Source: Eledone cirrhosa (taxonomy: Eukaryota). From it: a DNA stretch of 64,000 bases. The DNA lies in assembly GCA_964016885.1 (NCBI GenBank), contig OZ024742.1:319858001-319922000 (forward strand), written 5' to 3'. Numbering within the stretch: position 1 is the first letter of the stretch; each line of letters begins with the position of its first letter. The notes beneath the pieces are model-generated. The model saw only the letters and a list, made by a program, of their open reading frames with translations. It was not told the origin of the DNA and did not search any database. Shown piece after piece: positions 13,353-27,039 of the stretch. The translations under genes were made by a program, and so were the position numbers.

Positions 13353-16306
13353 ATTCTTCTGGTTTTATAATTCCACTATTTTTTCCCAATAGAGAGAGAG
13401 AGTTGGTTTCTAACATAGAAATAAGACTTTCTCATTGGAATTTACACAACAACAATTAGGTAGATTATGTATGCATGCATGTGTTGATATGGATGTTATT
13501 GTATGTGTGGATGTGTATGTTTTGAGTTGTATGTGTGCATGTGTATATGCTTTGTATCTGTACATGTGTATATGCAGTTATTAGATGCAACATTTTTGGA
13601 ATGTTTTACATATTTTTACTGTTCCATTAATGGATTGTACTTGTAATTTCCCAACTAGTTGTGTTCTTTCTGTTCCTGTGAAGCCTAGCTTCTCAAGATT
13701 TGTATTGAGGCAGTTACTAACATACCCCAGTGCTGCAATAATCACAGGCATAAATCTGAAGCTGTAATCAGGGTGGAGTATCTGCAGATTTCTCATCAGT
13801 TCTGCATAAATATTCTCCTTTTCGCTAATCTTTGATATTATATTGGCATCTGCTGGGCAGCTAATTTCCAATACTGTGCATGCTTTCTTCTTCCTGTTCC
13901 ATATCATAATATCTGGTCTGTTATGCCTGCATTTTATTGGGGTTTTTACTGGAACATTCCACCAGTACTCTTTCATATTATGTACATGGATGTCTTCCAC
14001 ATTGCTGTAGGTTTTAATGTGTTTATTATCGGGGCTATCTTTTTCCGAACCGCATTGTACAGTGTTTTGGCCACTACATCATGCTTCATTGGTAAATAGT
14101 ACCGCGATGACATCTTTGGACAGATGATGATGACATGGGTGATATCCTCGATGTTAGTTCTACAGAGTCTGCACTTGTTATCACATCTAGGTGTTTTGCC
14201 TGCATCCCTATCTCTTTTGTGAATCAGGTATTTCGTGTTAATCTCCTGTTCTTGGATTGCAAAAGCGTATCCTTCAAAGTGGGAGCCAATATAGCGGTTG
14301 TTGGTCCAAGATGGACTACTTTCCTTATCTATATTACTCTCACTCCGTAGCTTTCTGGCAACATATCTATGCATGATTTTTTGCTGATAAGCATGCAGTT
14401 TTTCATCCATTGATTCACTGCGATATTGCTGAGCGACTTCCCTGGGTATGAGTTTTTGATTATCACACAGGGAATATCTCTCGAGGAGTTCCTTCCCAAC
14501 TCTCATGATCTTATTTGTTTCATGCAGATAGACTTGCTCGAGCGACGGGCTCCTACGCTTCGAGGTTCGTAGATGTTGTCGGAGAGATATGATACGACAT
14601 TCAAATGCTGTCTGGACTGATGTTAGGCCTCTGCCTCCCTGATTACGTTTCAAGTAAAGGCGATTTATGTCACTGTTGATGTCGAAGTTTCCGGTGTTGT
14701 TTAGTATTTTTCGAGTACCAACGTCAACTGCTCGGATTTCTTCTATCGTCCAATTGAGTATTCCAAACGTTGGTGTTAGGACAGGCACAGCAAACACATT
14801 GTGAGCCACTGTTTTGTTTTGTGCAGAGAGTTCCGATGACCATATCTTTCTTAATCGGGTGTAGTATTCCCTGGTTACGCGTTCCTTATTACAGATACGT
14901 TTTCATCTATCCCCAGATATCTGTAGCAGTCCTCATCAGATATCAGTGAAACAGTTAGGCCATTGATGACAATGTTGCTAGATTGGGTTGTTGTTTTCCC
15001 CCGCTTGCAGTTTTCCTATCACAGTCTCAAGGGTACCCTCACTTATTTCGTATGTTTTTGTTGTAGTGTAGGAGCAATAGTTCTTTCGGGTTTGTCTTAG
15101 CCGCACTGCATATTGGTTGAAATTCTTCTTTTCACCCCATATTTTGCTCCAAAAGGAATATATGTCTTTCTGGGATGGGGCCAGCAATCTTTTTTTCTAT
15201 TTTAGTTATATGGTATTTTTGGTGGTGTTCTGTTCTTGTTAATATCTCTGCTATTACCAAGATAATGCTTCACTGTCGTTGATATGGCATATAAACAGGC
15301 GTTAATTTGCCAAAACGTTGGGGTTTTTATCCATCGTAAATATTCATCCCCTATTTCGTCAATAACACGTAATATTTACTTATACGTAATATTTCATTAT
15401 TTTGTTTTTTATTAAACATTGTCTATTTAACACGTTCAGCAAGAGAGATATTTATACATGAATTAATTTCTCTCTGGAAGATTTCGTTGAGGGAAATTTT
15501 CAATTGTTTATACTTTTGATTATTATCATTATCGATAGTATTTTCCACAACAGTCGAGGTAGACTCGGATGGTACACGTGGTGTCAAATTTCTTCGATTA
15601 TTATTATTTTTTCTTCGATTATTATTATTATCGATAGTGTTTTCCCCAGCATTCGAGGTGGTGTCAAGTTTCTTAGAGGCATAGTTATTTCAAGGCGCTG
15701 TTCGACCTGGCTGCTAGGAAGTCTAGTAGCATGGCGACCTGTAGAACGTGTTGTTGATCCCATGTTTGTTGCGGGGGACTTACAATTAATGCTATTTATC
15801 TTATTTTTACGTTCAACAAACGTCGCTTGTTGGCGCAATAGTTTCGCTGTGAAATAATTTAGATCTGGGTGCATTTCGTCCCAGTGTAGCTTCATTCTGT
15901 TCATATAGCCAATGGAGGGATTGTTTTTTGTCATTTTATAACAATTAAATAAATCATTATTAAGTTCGCAACTCCAAGAGAAATGCGCTTTGTAATTTCG
16001 GTTTCTTCTGTAGCTACAACTGAATAAAGTTTGTTTACCTTTCTTGTTGTTTGTCTTCGGTACTTCCTTAATGTTGTTGTTGATGTTGTGTTCAGCCATG
16101 CTGTTTGTAGCAAATCCTTGTAAAATGAATTATGTATTTAGTGGGATATCTCTACGAATTCGAATAAAGGGTGTCTTCAGAAGATATAGTTAGAAGAATA
16201 ACCAGTTATTCAACATAACTGTAGTTGTGGCATTACTGTCGGAGATAGTATTCATCTTAAATTTAATAGTCTTCCACGCCAAAATATGCAATTGATCGCG
16301 TTGACT
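13353..16306 (-). mobile_element. R4/Dong-type non-LTR retrotransposon with restriction-like endonuclease, RT core deleted
   Basis: FWSKIW; YRYLG; FAVPVL..FG..W; RLYLKRNQGGRGL; CRLC...E...H...C knuckle; KHDVVA; NRPDI...EISCP...KE..Y (PD-(D/E)xK type). Flanked on both sides by (TATG)n. Confidence 0.8.
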
Positions 16307-16343
16307 GTATGTATGTATGTATGTATGTATGTATGTATGTATG

Positions 16344-16375
<32 letters not shown>

Positions 16376-17193
16376 AGAAATAACAAAGAAACAAAACAAA
16401 CGACACAGTACATGGAAGAAATAAGTTTAACACTTGAAATAGAAGGAAGAGATTTTTAAACGTATGTCCCACGTAGTTCCATTGCGAACGTGTGGGTGTT
16501 GGTTCTGGTTGTAGTTAGTTTTACCATAATTGGTTAGTTCCCTGATGTTTCTGTCGTTGGTGGCCATTATTATGTTCTCAAGGTTCGGTGTTGTCGAAAA
16601 TGAGAACTTTAGTGTGTATTGCAGATCCTGTATGTAGGGAGAAGCACTGGTCGAGGGCCCTAAAGAGATAACGGGGATGTTATATTTTGTCATTATTATT
16701 ATTTCTATCATTAAGGTAACCCCGCTGTCCTCCTTTGACTAGTAAGGTCATGCAGTGTTTATCTGTCTGGTGGCCATGTTGAAAGGGGTTGTTTGGTGTA
16801 CTCGTCTGAATGGGTTGAAGACTGGCACTTTCCTTTTCGGTGACGCTTCATAGCATGGATGACGTTGAAGCCGATTATTACGGGAGTATGTGATAAGGAT
16901 AGGTAAAGTACAGATTGCAATATCGTGGGGCAAGTTATTCCATACATTAGGGAAACGAATAGGACAGGATAGCTATGATCAGGGAGGAAATACTGCACAT
17001 TGAGGAGGAAAGACGTAAATCGAGGCTTGTGAAATGTCGGGTGAGAGCTAAATGTAGGTTAGTTTTCACCATACCTGATTCGGTCACGCTTAGATATCGG
17101 GTTGTTTCATATTGCGCACATACGTTACTTTTCAATTCATATAACCTCGATTTCGCTTTATATGACAACGTTTATCTTAGAAATAAGAAAAGG

Positions 17194-17272
17194 CAACTAG
17201 GAAGTTATGCGCTCAACTAGGTAGTTATGCGGTCAACTAGGAAGTTATGCGCTCAACTAGGTAGTTATGCGC
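17194..17272. repeat. 20-bp minisatellite x4 upstream of actin copy B
   Basis: CAACTAGG(A/T)AGTTATGCG(C/G)T repeated four times; the same array is at 29233-29311. Confidence 0.92.
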
Positions 17273-17432
17273 ATATAAAAAAGCCAATACAATCTAAAAA
17301 TCATTTCAATCATATTTTCACTAATGATTCGGGAGTTTATAACTATCTTTTTAAAATATATTGCCTGTATCTAACACGGAGAAACGAATCAATAAAGATA
17401 AAGGTTACGATGATGAATATAAAGGTTACAGC

Positions 17433-17555
17433 TTGGAGGGTTAAGTTGCTGCTCTTGTCATTGATAATGGATCTGGTATGTGCAAAGCTGGTTTTGCCGG
17501 TGACGATGCCGCCAGTACTGTCTTTCCTTCCGTTGTTGGTCGTCCAAGACATCAG
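17433..17555 (+). pseudogene. act: Actin copy B exon 1 (start lost, stop at codon 4, GC donor)
   Basis: ATG GAT GAT GAA has become TTG GAG GGT TAA, then [37 protein letters not shown]; the donor reads GC at 17556. Confidence 0.9.
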
Positions 17556-18511
17556 GCACGTTCTCTCTCTTTCTTTCTCTCTATCACTCTCTCTCTCTCT
17601 CCCTCTCTCTCTCTATATATATATATATGTGTATGTATGTATGTAAAAGTAATAATAAAAAACAAAACAAACAACACAGTACATGGAAGAAATATGTTTA
17701 ACACTTGAAATAGCAGGAAGAGATTCTTAAACATATATCCCACGTAGTTCCATTGCGAACGTGTGGGTGTTGGTTCTGGTTGTAGGTAGTTTTACCATAA
17801 TTGGTTAGTTCCCTGATTTTTCTGTCGTTGGTGGCCATTATTATGTTCTCAAGGTTCGGTGTTGTCGAAAATGAGAACTTTAGTGTGTGCATATTGCAGA
17901 TCCTGTATGCAGGGAGAAGGACTGGTCGAGGGCCCTAAAGAGATACGGGGGTGTTAGTTTTTTGTCAATATTATTATTTTTATCATGAAGGTTGCCCCGC
18001 CGCCCTCCTTTGACTAGGAAGGCCATGCAGTTTTTATCTGTCTGGTGGCCATGGTGAAAGGGGTCGTATGGTGGACTCGTCTGAAAGGGTTGAAGACTGC
18101 CACTTTCTTCTTCCGTGACGCTCTCATTAACTTTTTCAGGGTGAAGAGGGAAGTGCTGCTTTCCAGCCAGTTTTTTGAAATAGGGGAGAGAGAGAGTCGA
18201 GAATGGCACGTGTGAATGAGCCTGCCTTCAGCGTGTGCCTGTCGTATTGAATGAGGACAACTAGGAGAGGCCACTTGCCCTAACGGTCAGGGTGACTGTG
18301 GATTTTGTGAGCTTTCTCCACGAGTAACCCTTGGAGTCCCCTCACCATTGGGTAATTTGTTATGTTTGGGTTTTTTTAAGTGTTCATTTTCTTAGTCTCT
18401 GGTATAAATTTTATTTCACACCAAAAAAGACACACTGTAATTGTACTGTACCATATGTAATGTTTCCTTAATGTGAGTCCTGTGTGGATAATAAAGAAAG
18501 CATTATCATTA

Positions 18512-18858
18512 CTAGCTGACGTACCCAGCTTCGCCCGGGTAAACAGATTATAAGAGAAGACAGGTAAAAGAAAAAATGACTGTATTGGATGTTTGTCTGG
18601 TTAAAGTATGAGGCGAGTCCGTGGTGTCTGTGTGATACAAAAAACAGTAAAAGAAAACTCCCAGATATATAAGATTCTTCGTTGTACCGTTTATGCATAG
18701 TTTATGAACAATTCTAGGTGCTCCCACCTAGAATAGTGACCTCTAGGAGATGGTTCATCTTCTGCCTGACTGTAAAACGTATATCATTGCATAGACGTGG
18801 TTGTTCCACGTTTCTCAAAAGGATGATGGAAGTTCCAATCTTTTATATTATATGTAGA
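18512..18858 (-). mobile_element. Non-autonomous Helitron-like element (second copy 30517-30863)
   Basis: Minus strand ends in a GC-rich hairpin CCCGGGCGAAGCTGGG followed by CTAG|T, with a candidate A|TC 5' end at 18858 (alternative at 19916). Confidence 0.5.
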
Positions 18859-18998
18859 TATAGATATAGATAATTAATATAAAAGATGTCCGTCAATGTA
18901 AAAAAGGTCCCTATTTACTTGAAATGGTTTATACAAATGCCAAATTAATATGGATATGGATAACATGCTTATCTATAAGTGGTCAGCTATAATAATTG

Positions 18999-19096
18999 TT
19001 TCTATTTTTAGGCACAAGGCCAGCAAATTATCCAGTACATTACTGGTACTTTATTTTATCGACCCCGTAAGGATGAAAGGCAAAGTTAACCTCGGC
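18999..19096 (-). mobile_element. SINE 3' half (second copy ~31004-31101)
   Basis: Reverse-complement homologue of the core and tail of the SINE at 19926-20098. Confidence 0.7.
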
Positions 19097-19925
19097 TATA
19101 ATAATAAAACAACAAATTATATGACACAAAAATTTATTCAGTATTTTCCAGGCTCTTAGCCACTGAGTAATAGACAGTCAATGTTGCCCAGAGTTCAACT
19201 CGGGGAGGTGGACTGGTTTGAACTCCAAATGGCGGATCTTTCTACTTCGAAAATAGAATCGTTTTTCAATATTACTCTAGCCCTGGCCGGCCATAGGCAC
19301 CAAACATTTTGCCAGACTCAGCGTATGATGAGGTTTTATTACCACCTCTATCAGAAGCGATAAATTTGAAGGCAATTTCTACCAATACTTGTTGGTTTTT
19401 ATTGCTCATTATCGACAATAAATGACATTCAACAGAAATGATAACTATGTCAAAGCTCACAATACTGATCAAAGGACACTAATGTCTGAATCATTTACGT
19501 CGAATATTCATAGCAGTGAAGGCAATTTCTAACAATACTTGTTGGTATTTATTGCTCAAAATAGCAGTGAAAGCAATTTTTACCAATACTTGTTTGTTTT
19601 TATTGCTCATAACGACATTAAATGACAACTTACACACTCACACACTCACACATGTTAATAGTTTTTACTTTCTGTGGAACGCTGCACGCACGCACATACA
19701 CATAAACATACGCGCACGTACATACACACGCATACATGTCAATATTTATTGAACACAGCGTTCACACTCTCCCCCCTCACTCCCTCATTGGCATTATGCA
19801 TATTAATTTAAGTTTGGCGTCGTTGAGGTGGGCGGAGTCGTTTGAAACCTATGAACCAATGATAATCGAGAATTATGACACACGGAATACTGACGTTCTT
19901 CAAATTAATATATAGATTACTATAT

Positions 19926-20093
19926 TGGCAGTATCGGTAGAGGGTCGGACGCCATGCTTTGTAGCAAAGAGTTACGGCCCTTTATGGTCTGAGTTCAAAT
20001 CCCGCCAGGGTTAACTTTGCCGTTGATCCTTACGGTGTCGATAAAATAAAGTATGCACTGGGATAATTGCTGGCCTTGTGCCAAAAGTAGAAA

Positions 20094-20098
<5 letters not shown>
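19926..20098 (+). mobile_element. tRNA-derived SINE (copy at ~31930-32103)
   Basis: A-box-like TGGCAGTATCGG, B-box GAGTTCAAATCC, then core CTTTGCCGTTGATCCTTACGGTGTCGATAAAATAAAGT resembling the Nin/Deu SINE domain; multiple dispersed copies in the window. Confidence 0.8.
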
Positions 20099-20153
<55 letters not shown>

Positions 20154-20223
20154 TTAGAGTATACACTCAAAGAGTCATTTACAATTAATTAACTCAAAGA
20201 AAGAAGCATTTCTGAGCCGTGCA

Positions 20224-20542
20224 ATACAAGTTAATATAAATTAATATATGATAAACACCTAAGTGTTTGCATTGTAAAAGACAAAAGTTAGCTAGAATGA
20301 AACAAACTAATTCAAATAAATATAGCCTGCCTGTATCGATTTAAAAAATAATAAATCAATATACACAAACTCATATTGGCAAATAGCCAATATGAGTTTG
20401 TGTATATTGATTTATTATTTTTTAAATCGATACAGGCAGGCTATATTTATTTGAATTAGTTTGTTTCATTCTAGCTAACTTTTGTCTTTTACAATGCAAA
20501 CACTTAGGTGTTTATCATATATTAATTTATATTAACTTGTAT
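20224..20542. repeat. Long palindrome: 157-bp arms, 5-nt loop
   Basis: 20224-20380 is the reverse complement of 20386-20542; loop AAATA. Confidence 0.95.
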
Positions 20543-20738
20543 ATATATATATATATATATTTAATACATTAACAGAGAAAGCTTTAAGCAATACTCCGAC
20601 CGGCTTCCGTCTCACTCAACAAACATTAGGATATACTTTAGTATAATCCCAATTATACGTTTGGAGTGCTAACTATACGTATTTTGCGGATAGCCAGTTG
20701 TATTATTTTATATGAGACATAATTAGAATACATCTCTT

Positions 20739-20860
20739 TCCAAACGATCGTTTCATTATAAGTTTTCTACAAATTGGGAAAAGAATGTTCAGGTTATGTA
20801 GAAGCCTACTCATAGTCCGTAGGACTATATGTAGGTGGGCACTTACAAATCATCAGTGGA
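20739..20860 (-). ncRNA. Type I hammerhead ribozyme motif (third family)
   Basis: Minus strand: UCCA-CUGAUGA-UUUGUAAG...CUUAUAAU-GAAA-CGAUCG-UU-UGGA. Stem I is only 4 bp. Confidence 0.62.
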
Positions 20861-21026
20861 TGCCCGATATATATATATATATATTTAAAGGTTAAACAAG
20901 GTTCAATGAATAAATCAAAGAATGAGTTTTACAATAGATTGGAAGCACTCAACAGTGATTGGTTTTCCGGAGTTATTAATATTAATTCAAAATATTAACA
21001 AAATTAGACATTCTTGTGATCAAGTA

Positions 21027-21093
21027 TATTTTATTATACATATTTCAGATGTACTGGGCTAACTTCAACAGTACGTTCTCATCAAATAAAATA
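21027..21093 (-). ncRNA. Hammerhead motif, fourth family, C3U variant (also 22476-22542 and 33050-33116)
   Basis: Minus strand: UAUUUUAU-UUGAUGA-..GUACUG..CAGUAC..-GAAA-UAUGUA-UA-AUAAAAUA; core C3 replaced by U. Confidence 0.55.
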
Positions 21094-21952
21094 AGATGAT
21101 GCATGACATACCCTGACATAGTAGATGGTTAAGATTCAGTCATGGTAGTGAGTAAGATATGATAACACTCAATATTTATATACCTTAAGATTGAGACATG
21201 AAAAAATTACATATAATACAAGGGTGCGTGTGAGAAAGCTTAAAAATACATAATAGCAATTTTCATAACTGTTAGAGATTCAAATAATTTAAATTATTGA
21301 AGAAAGAAGAAAGTAAGAAAAAAGACAGAGAGAAACAGATGAGGGGAGAATAGAGCTAATAGAAGTATAGAAAGCAAAAGAGAATTGATCAAGGATAGAG
21401 AGACAAAGAGGAATAATTTTTTAGTATAAAGCATAGGGAGAAATGAATAGGGTGTGATTAGATAATGCAAAAATCATATATATCTATAGAAAACTATACA
21501 TTTGGGCATAGCTTTGCGAAAGAGTAAACTAGAATCTTTGAATTATTGAATTATCTAGAAGTATTCATCAATCTAAATATTAAATATAACTGGCTATAAT
21601 TAAATGAGGGTTTAATTTCTAGTCCTTATTTAATTAGTTATATATACTATATATATCCAAACGTATCCGGCTGACCGTTAACTTTCAAATCATTTAAGTT
21701 AGTCGGGAATAATGAATTAATCAAAGTGTATAATATTTCAGGCTATAAGAGTTTATAAATATCTGTATTAATATTAAAGTATACTATCATATTTAATTTA
21801 TAAAATCATATTTAAAGTATTTTCAAACATGAGAAAGAAGAGATAATATTTTCAATCTTAAGGTATATTAATATTGAGTTTTGTCATATCTTACTCACTA
21901 CCATGACTGAATCTTAACCATCTACTATGTCAGGATATGTCATACATCATCT

Positions 21953-22019
21953 TATTTTATCTGATGATGGCGTACTATTGAAGTTAGCTCAGTACCTCTG
22001 AAATATGTATAATAAAATA
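21953..22019 (+). ncRNA. Type I hammerhead ribozyme motif (fourth family, intact core)
   Basis: Stem I UAUUUUAU/AUAAAAUA, CTGATGA 21961-21967, stem II GUACU/AGUAC with mismatched base, GAAA 22000-22003, AUA triplet. Confidence 0.65.
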
Positions 22020-22187
22020 TACTTGATAACAAGAATGTCTATATTTGTTAATATTTTGAATTAGTATATATATTAGGATATACCTTAGTATAATCCCAAT
22101 TATACGTTTGGGGTGCTAACTATACGTATTTTGCGGATAGCCAGTTGTATTATTTTATATGAGACATAATTAAAATACATCTCTCTT

Positions 22188-22309
22188 TCCAAACGATCGT
22201 TACATTATAAGTTTTCTACAAATTGGGAAAATAATGTCCAGGTTATGTAGAAGCCTACACATAGTCCGTAGGAATATATGTAGGTGGGCATTTATAAATC
22301 ATCAGTGGA
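22188..22309 (-). ncRNA. Hammerhead motif, third family, core-mutated (GAAA to GUAA)
   Basis: Direct-repeat copy of 20739-20860 with a substitution in the GAAA box; probably inactive. Confidence 0.5.
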
Positions 22310-22739
22310 TGCCCGATATATATATATATATATTTAAAGGTTAAACAAGGTTCAATGAATAAATCAAAGAATGAGTTTTACAATAGATTAGAAGCACTCA
22401 ACAGTGATTTGTTTTCCGGAGTTATTAATATTAATTCAAAATATTAACAAAATTAGACATTCTTGTGATCAAGTATATTTTATTATACATATTTCAGATG
22501 TACTGGGCTAACTTCAACAGTACGTCCTCATCAAATAAAATAAGATGATGCATGACATACCCTGACATAGTAGATGGTTAAGATTCAATCATGGTAGTGA
22601 GTAAGATATGACAAAACATCTATATATATAAGTGTTTAGTTCGATATCCAGTGATATATGCATGAAGATGTGTTAATGTCATGCAAGTTCCTGGTTCGGC
22701 AGAAGTTGAACAATGAAGAATATACCATACATATAGATA

Positions 22740-22813
<74 letters not shown>

Positions 22814-23593
22814 CAGACAGACAGACACACACACAGACACCCAGACACACACACATGCACACAGGCACACACATATATACACATGTACACATGTGTTTGT
22901 CGTACAGTATTTATTTTGCCCATGCGTCAAGCCTGCGCAATATGCAAATGACCATCGCCTTAAATGTATCATCTGCAAAATCTATATAAGATATAACTGA
23001 TTTTGCCTCAGCACTGAGTGAGGTGACAACACTGAAATGGATCAAATTTTGATAGTGAGGCTTCTCGTGTACGGAAGCCATCATGTTGGCTGCTATTTCT
23101 TTGTTATTTTCTAAAAATGATTGTAATTTTGCCCATAATTATTGTCATTAGTTCGCCGGTTATGTGTTTATCAATATGTATTATTAGCGTGTGGAAATTA
23201 GTTCCTTGTTTATTTGTTCTTATCTAGAAATTCCTCATGAATTTTATGTACACTATACTTAAATAATTGAGCCCAGATATATGAAATGTGAAGTTCCCTC
23301 GCGAAGATTTGAAATTGTAAGTCATATATCCCTAACAATTTACAGCAGAATATTTTGTTTGACGTTGTTAAATATTGGTGGTAACTGACGTATGAAAGAA
23401 ATATTCTGGATATAGTTTTGATTACTCAAGCAATAGTGAAGACACATTTCACTCTTACTTGATGTATATTAATAAAATGATGATATAAGATTGTAATTTA
23501 TGTATTTGTGTTTATTTTCTAATATATATTTTTACTAATTTTTATAATTATCCTCGGTTTCCAGGATTCTTATTGTTGTTTATTGTATTTCAG

Positions 23594-24584
<991 letters not shown>

Positions 24585-24958
24585 GTATATACACAATTTA
24601 CGATTAGTGTGTATATATAGCATATATTACTTAATCAGTGTTAACAATTCAGTATCTATCTTTCAAACGTAGTTTAAACGATACTAAAACGGTATTTTGG
24701 GTGAAAATATAGTGAAGTTAATGTTAATATATATTGTTAGCTATTTATATCCTAATTACGTTATTTTCAGCTAGTTATTAATGGTTACTTAATTCTCAAG
24801 ATCTGCAAGTTAACGTAAAATATGATTGACTAACAGCTTTATATGTGATCTGAAAAGTACATTAAAATTAATATAACATTAATAAAATGTATTTATCTCA
24901 TTTTCTTTACTCTTTTCCTTTGATTTTCTTAGCAGCTTGGCTGTTTTGTCTGAATGGG

Positions 24959-25037
<79 letters not shown>

Positions 25038-26007
25038 TTTTAGTTTATCCTTTTCCTTCTCTCACTACCTCACTTTCTCTTTATTTATTTCCCTCACTCT
25101 TTGTGTATATGTCTAAGAAACTTTGTATACATGTGTGTTGGTATGTGTTTTGGCTGCTATATTTTTATCATCCCTCACTTAGTTGTAGGGTTATCGTTAT
25201 TCTTGTCTTGCTTTCTATTGAAGGTGGCTGTAGTTTCTCTCATTTGTGTGGCCTCTTTAATCTGACTGAGCATTGCTCTGGTCACGTGTATAGATATGAC
25301 TTTTACCTCGATGGTTTCAAATGATGCATCTTGTACTTTATAAAAATATCGGTAAAGCACTGACAAGATTTTATTGTCTTTGAATTCCCGACAGTGCTAC
25401 TTATACCTTTCTACTACATTACTAATCTTTTCTCTTATGTAAATCAAGGTCGTGTCTCGACATTTTCTGTTTGAGACTCTTATGCTATATACAACAATTT
25501 TAGTACTCACAATTTGTCTGTGGGTTTATCTTACAGGCTTTTCAATTTCTGTCTGTACAAGGAACTTTCGGAAATGGTTCAGCTCTTCTGATTAAGGATT
25601 CCATGGAGATTCCAGCTTTTCTTTTTCTACCAGAGTAATTTTAAGTTTTAGTTTATCTAAAGCCCATCTACTCCATAAACCATTTCGACTCTGGGATGAC
25701 CATGATGAATGTCGTCATACATAGGCAACGTTTGTTGACACATCACCAGACATCCTAACTTGCTAAACACTATATGAAACATAAAAACACTAAACACGCT
25801 AAACACGCTAAACACACAAAGAACACATTAAATGGACACTCTAAACACAACAAACACAATTCACCACCAAATATACTCAGTACACTAAACACACACGAAA
25901 CCAACTAGACACCACATAATAAACATACTGAACACATTGAACAAAACTAAACACATTAAACACAAAACACACAACTCACACTAACCACATACAAATACTT
26001 ACACTGA

Positions 26008-26184
<177 letters not shown>

Positions 26185-27039
26185 TAAAAACAAGTGTAAC
26201 ACTCATCGCCAAATCCGACTGAGGTCCATTCAACAAATCTGACGGAGGTTTATTCAACATTAGATACCAGGTTTAATTCTACTTTAAAATATTCTGCAAG
26301 TATTGATTCACACTTATAAACACTGGAACCTAACTCCTTTAGTTTCTTCTACCTTTTTATATAATTGTGGAACTTTCTAGAACAACTATGAAATAATATC
26401 ATATAGTAACGTTCAAATAAATCCATCTCAATGAACAACTAAATCTGAGCCAGTGATTTGATGTTCTTGAAAATGATCTCTTGTGTTACGATACTCATCT
26501 CAAATTTAGAAATATACTCCTATCATACATATATGAGATGAGTTTTTTCAGCAGATATATTTCATCACTGTTGTGCAATAGCTAGAAAATCATTTGAAAC
26601 ATTACTAAACATTTATTATGAAAAAAATAATATAAAAATAACAATATTCTAGTAGTTTGTATTGAATTGAAATATTAATGGTTATATTGAAAATAATATT
26701 GTTGTGGTAACTCACTTATTTCATCTGTAACAAACATCATAGATACAGCAAAGAACATGTGTAACCAAGTAAATCTTATTTCCTTGGTTTATAGTTTATT
26801 GTTTATTGCACTGGGTACTTCCGCCATGTAGGAGTATACAATAATTATTACCGACCAACTTTACAGACTGTCAACTATCAATGACGAAATGGAGTCTAAT
26901 AACCTCCAAATAATATCGTTGACACTACTGGTTGCAGTAACTATTTCACAAATCAATTCCAGAAACAGGATTTACAACGTAGTCGTGATAATGGTGATAT
27001 ATGTACGGGCGTTGAAATCAGTTGCCTCAACACTTTAGC

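Noticed and set aside
17194-17272. Short repeats as a CRISPR array
   Set aside because: The units are contiguous with no spacers, and there are no cas genes.
19926-20010. tRNA gene
   Set aside because: A and B boxes are present but no cloverleaf forms; it is the head of a multicopy SINE.
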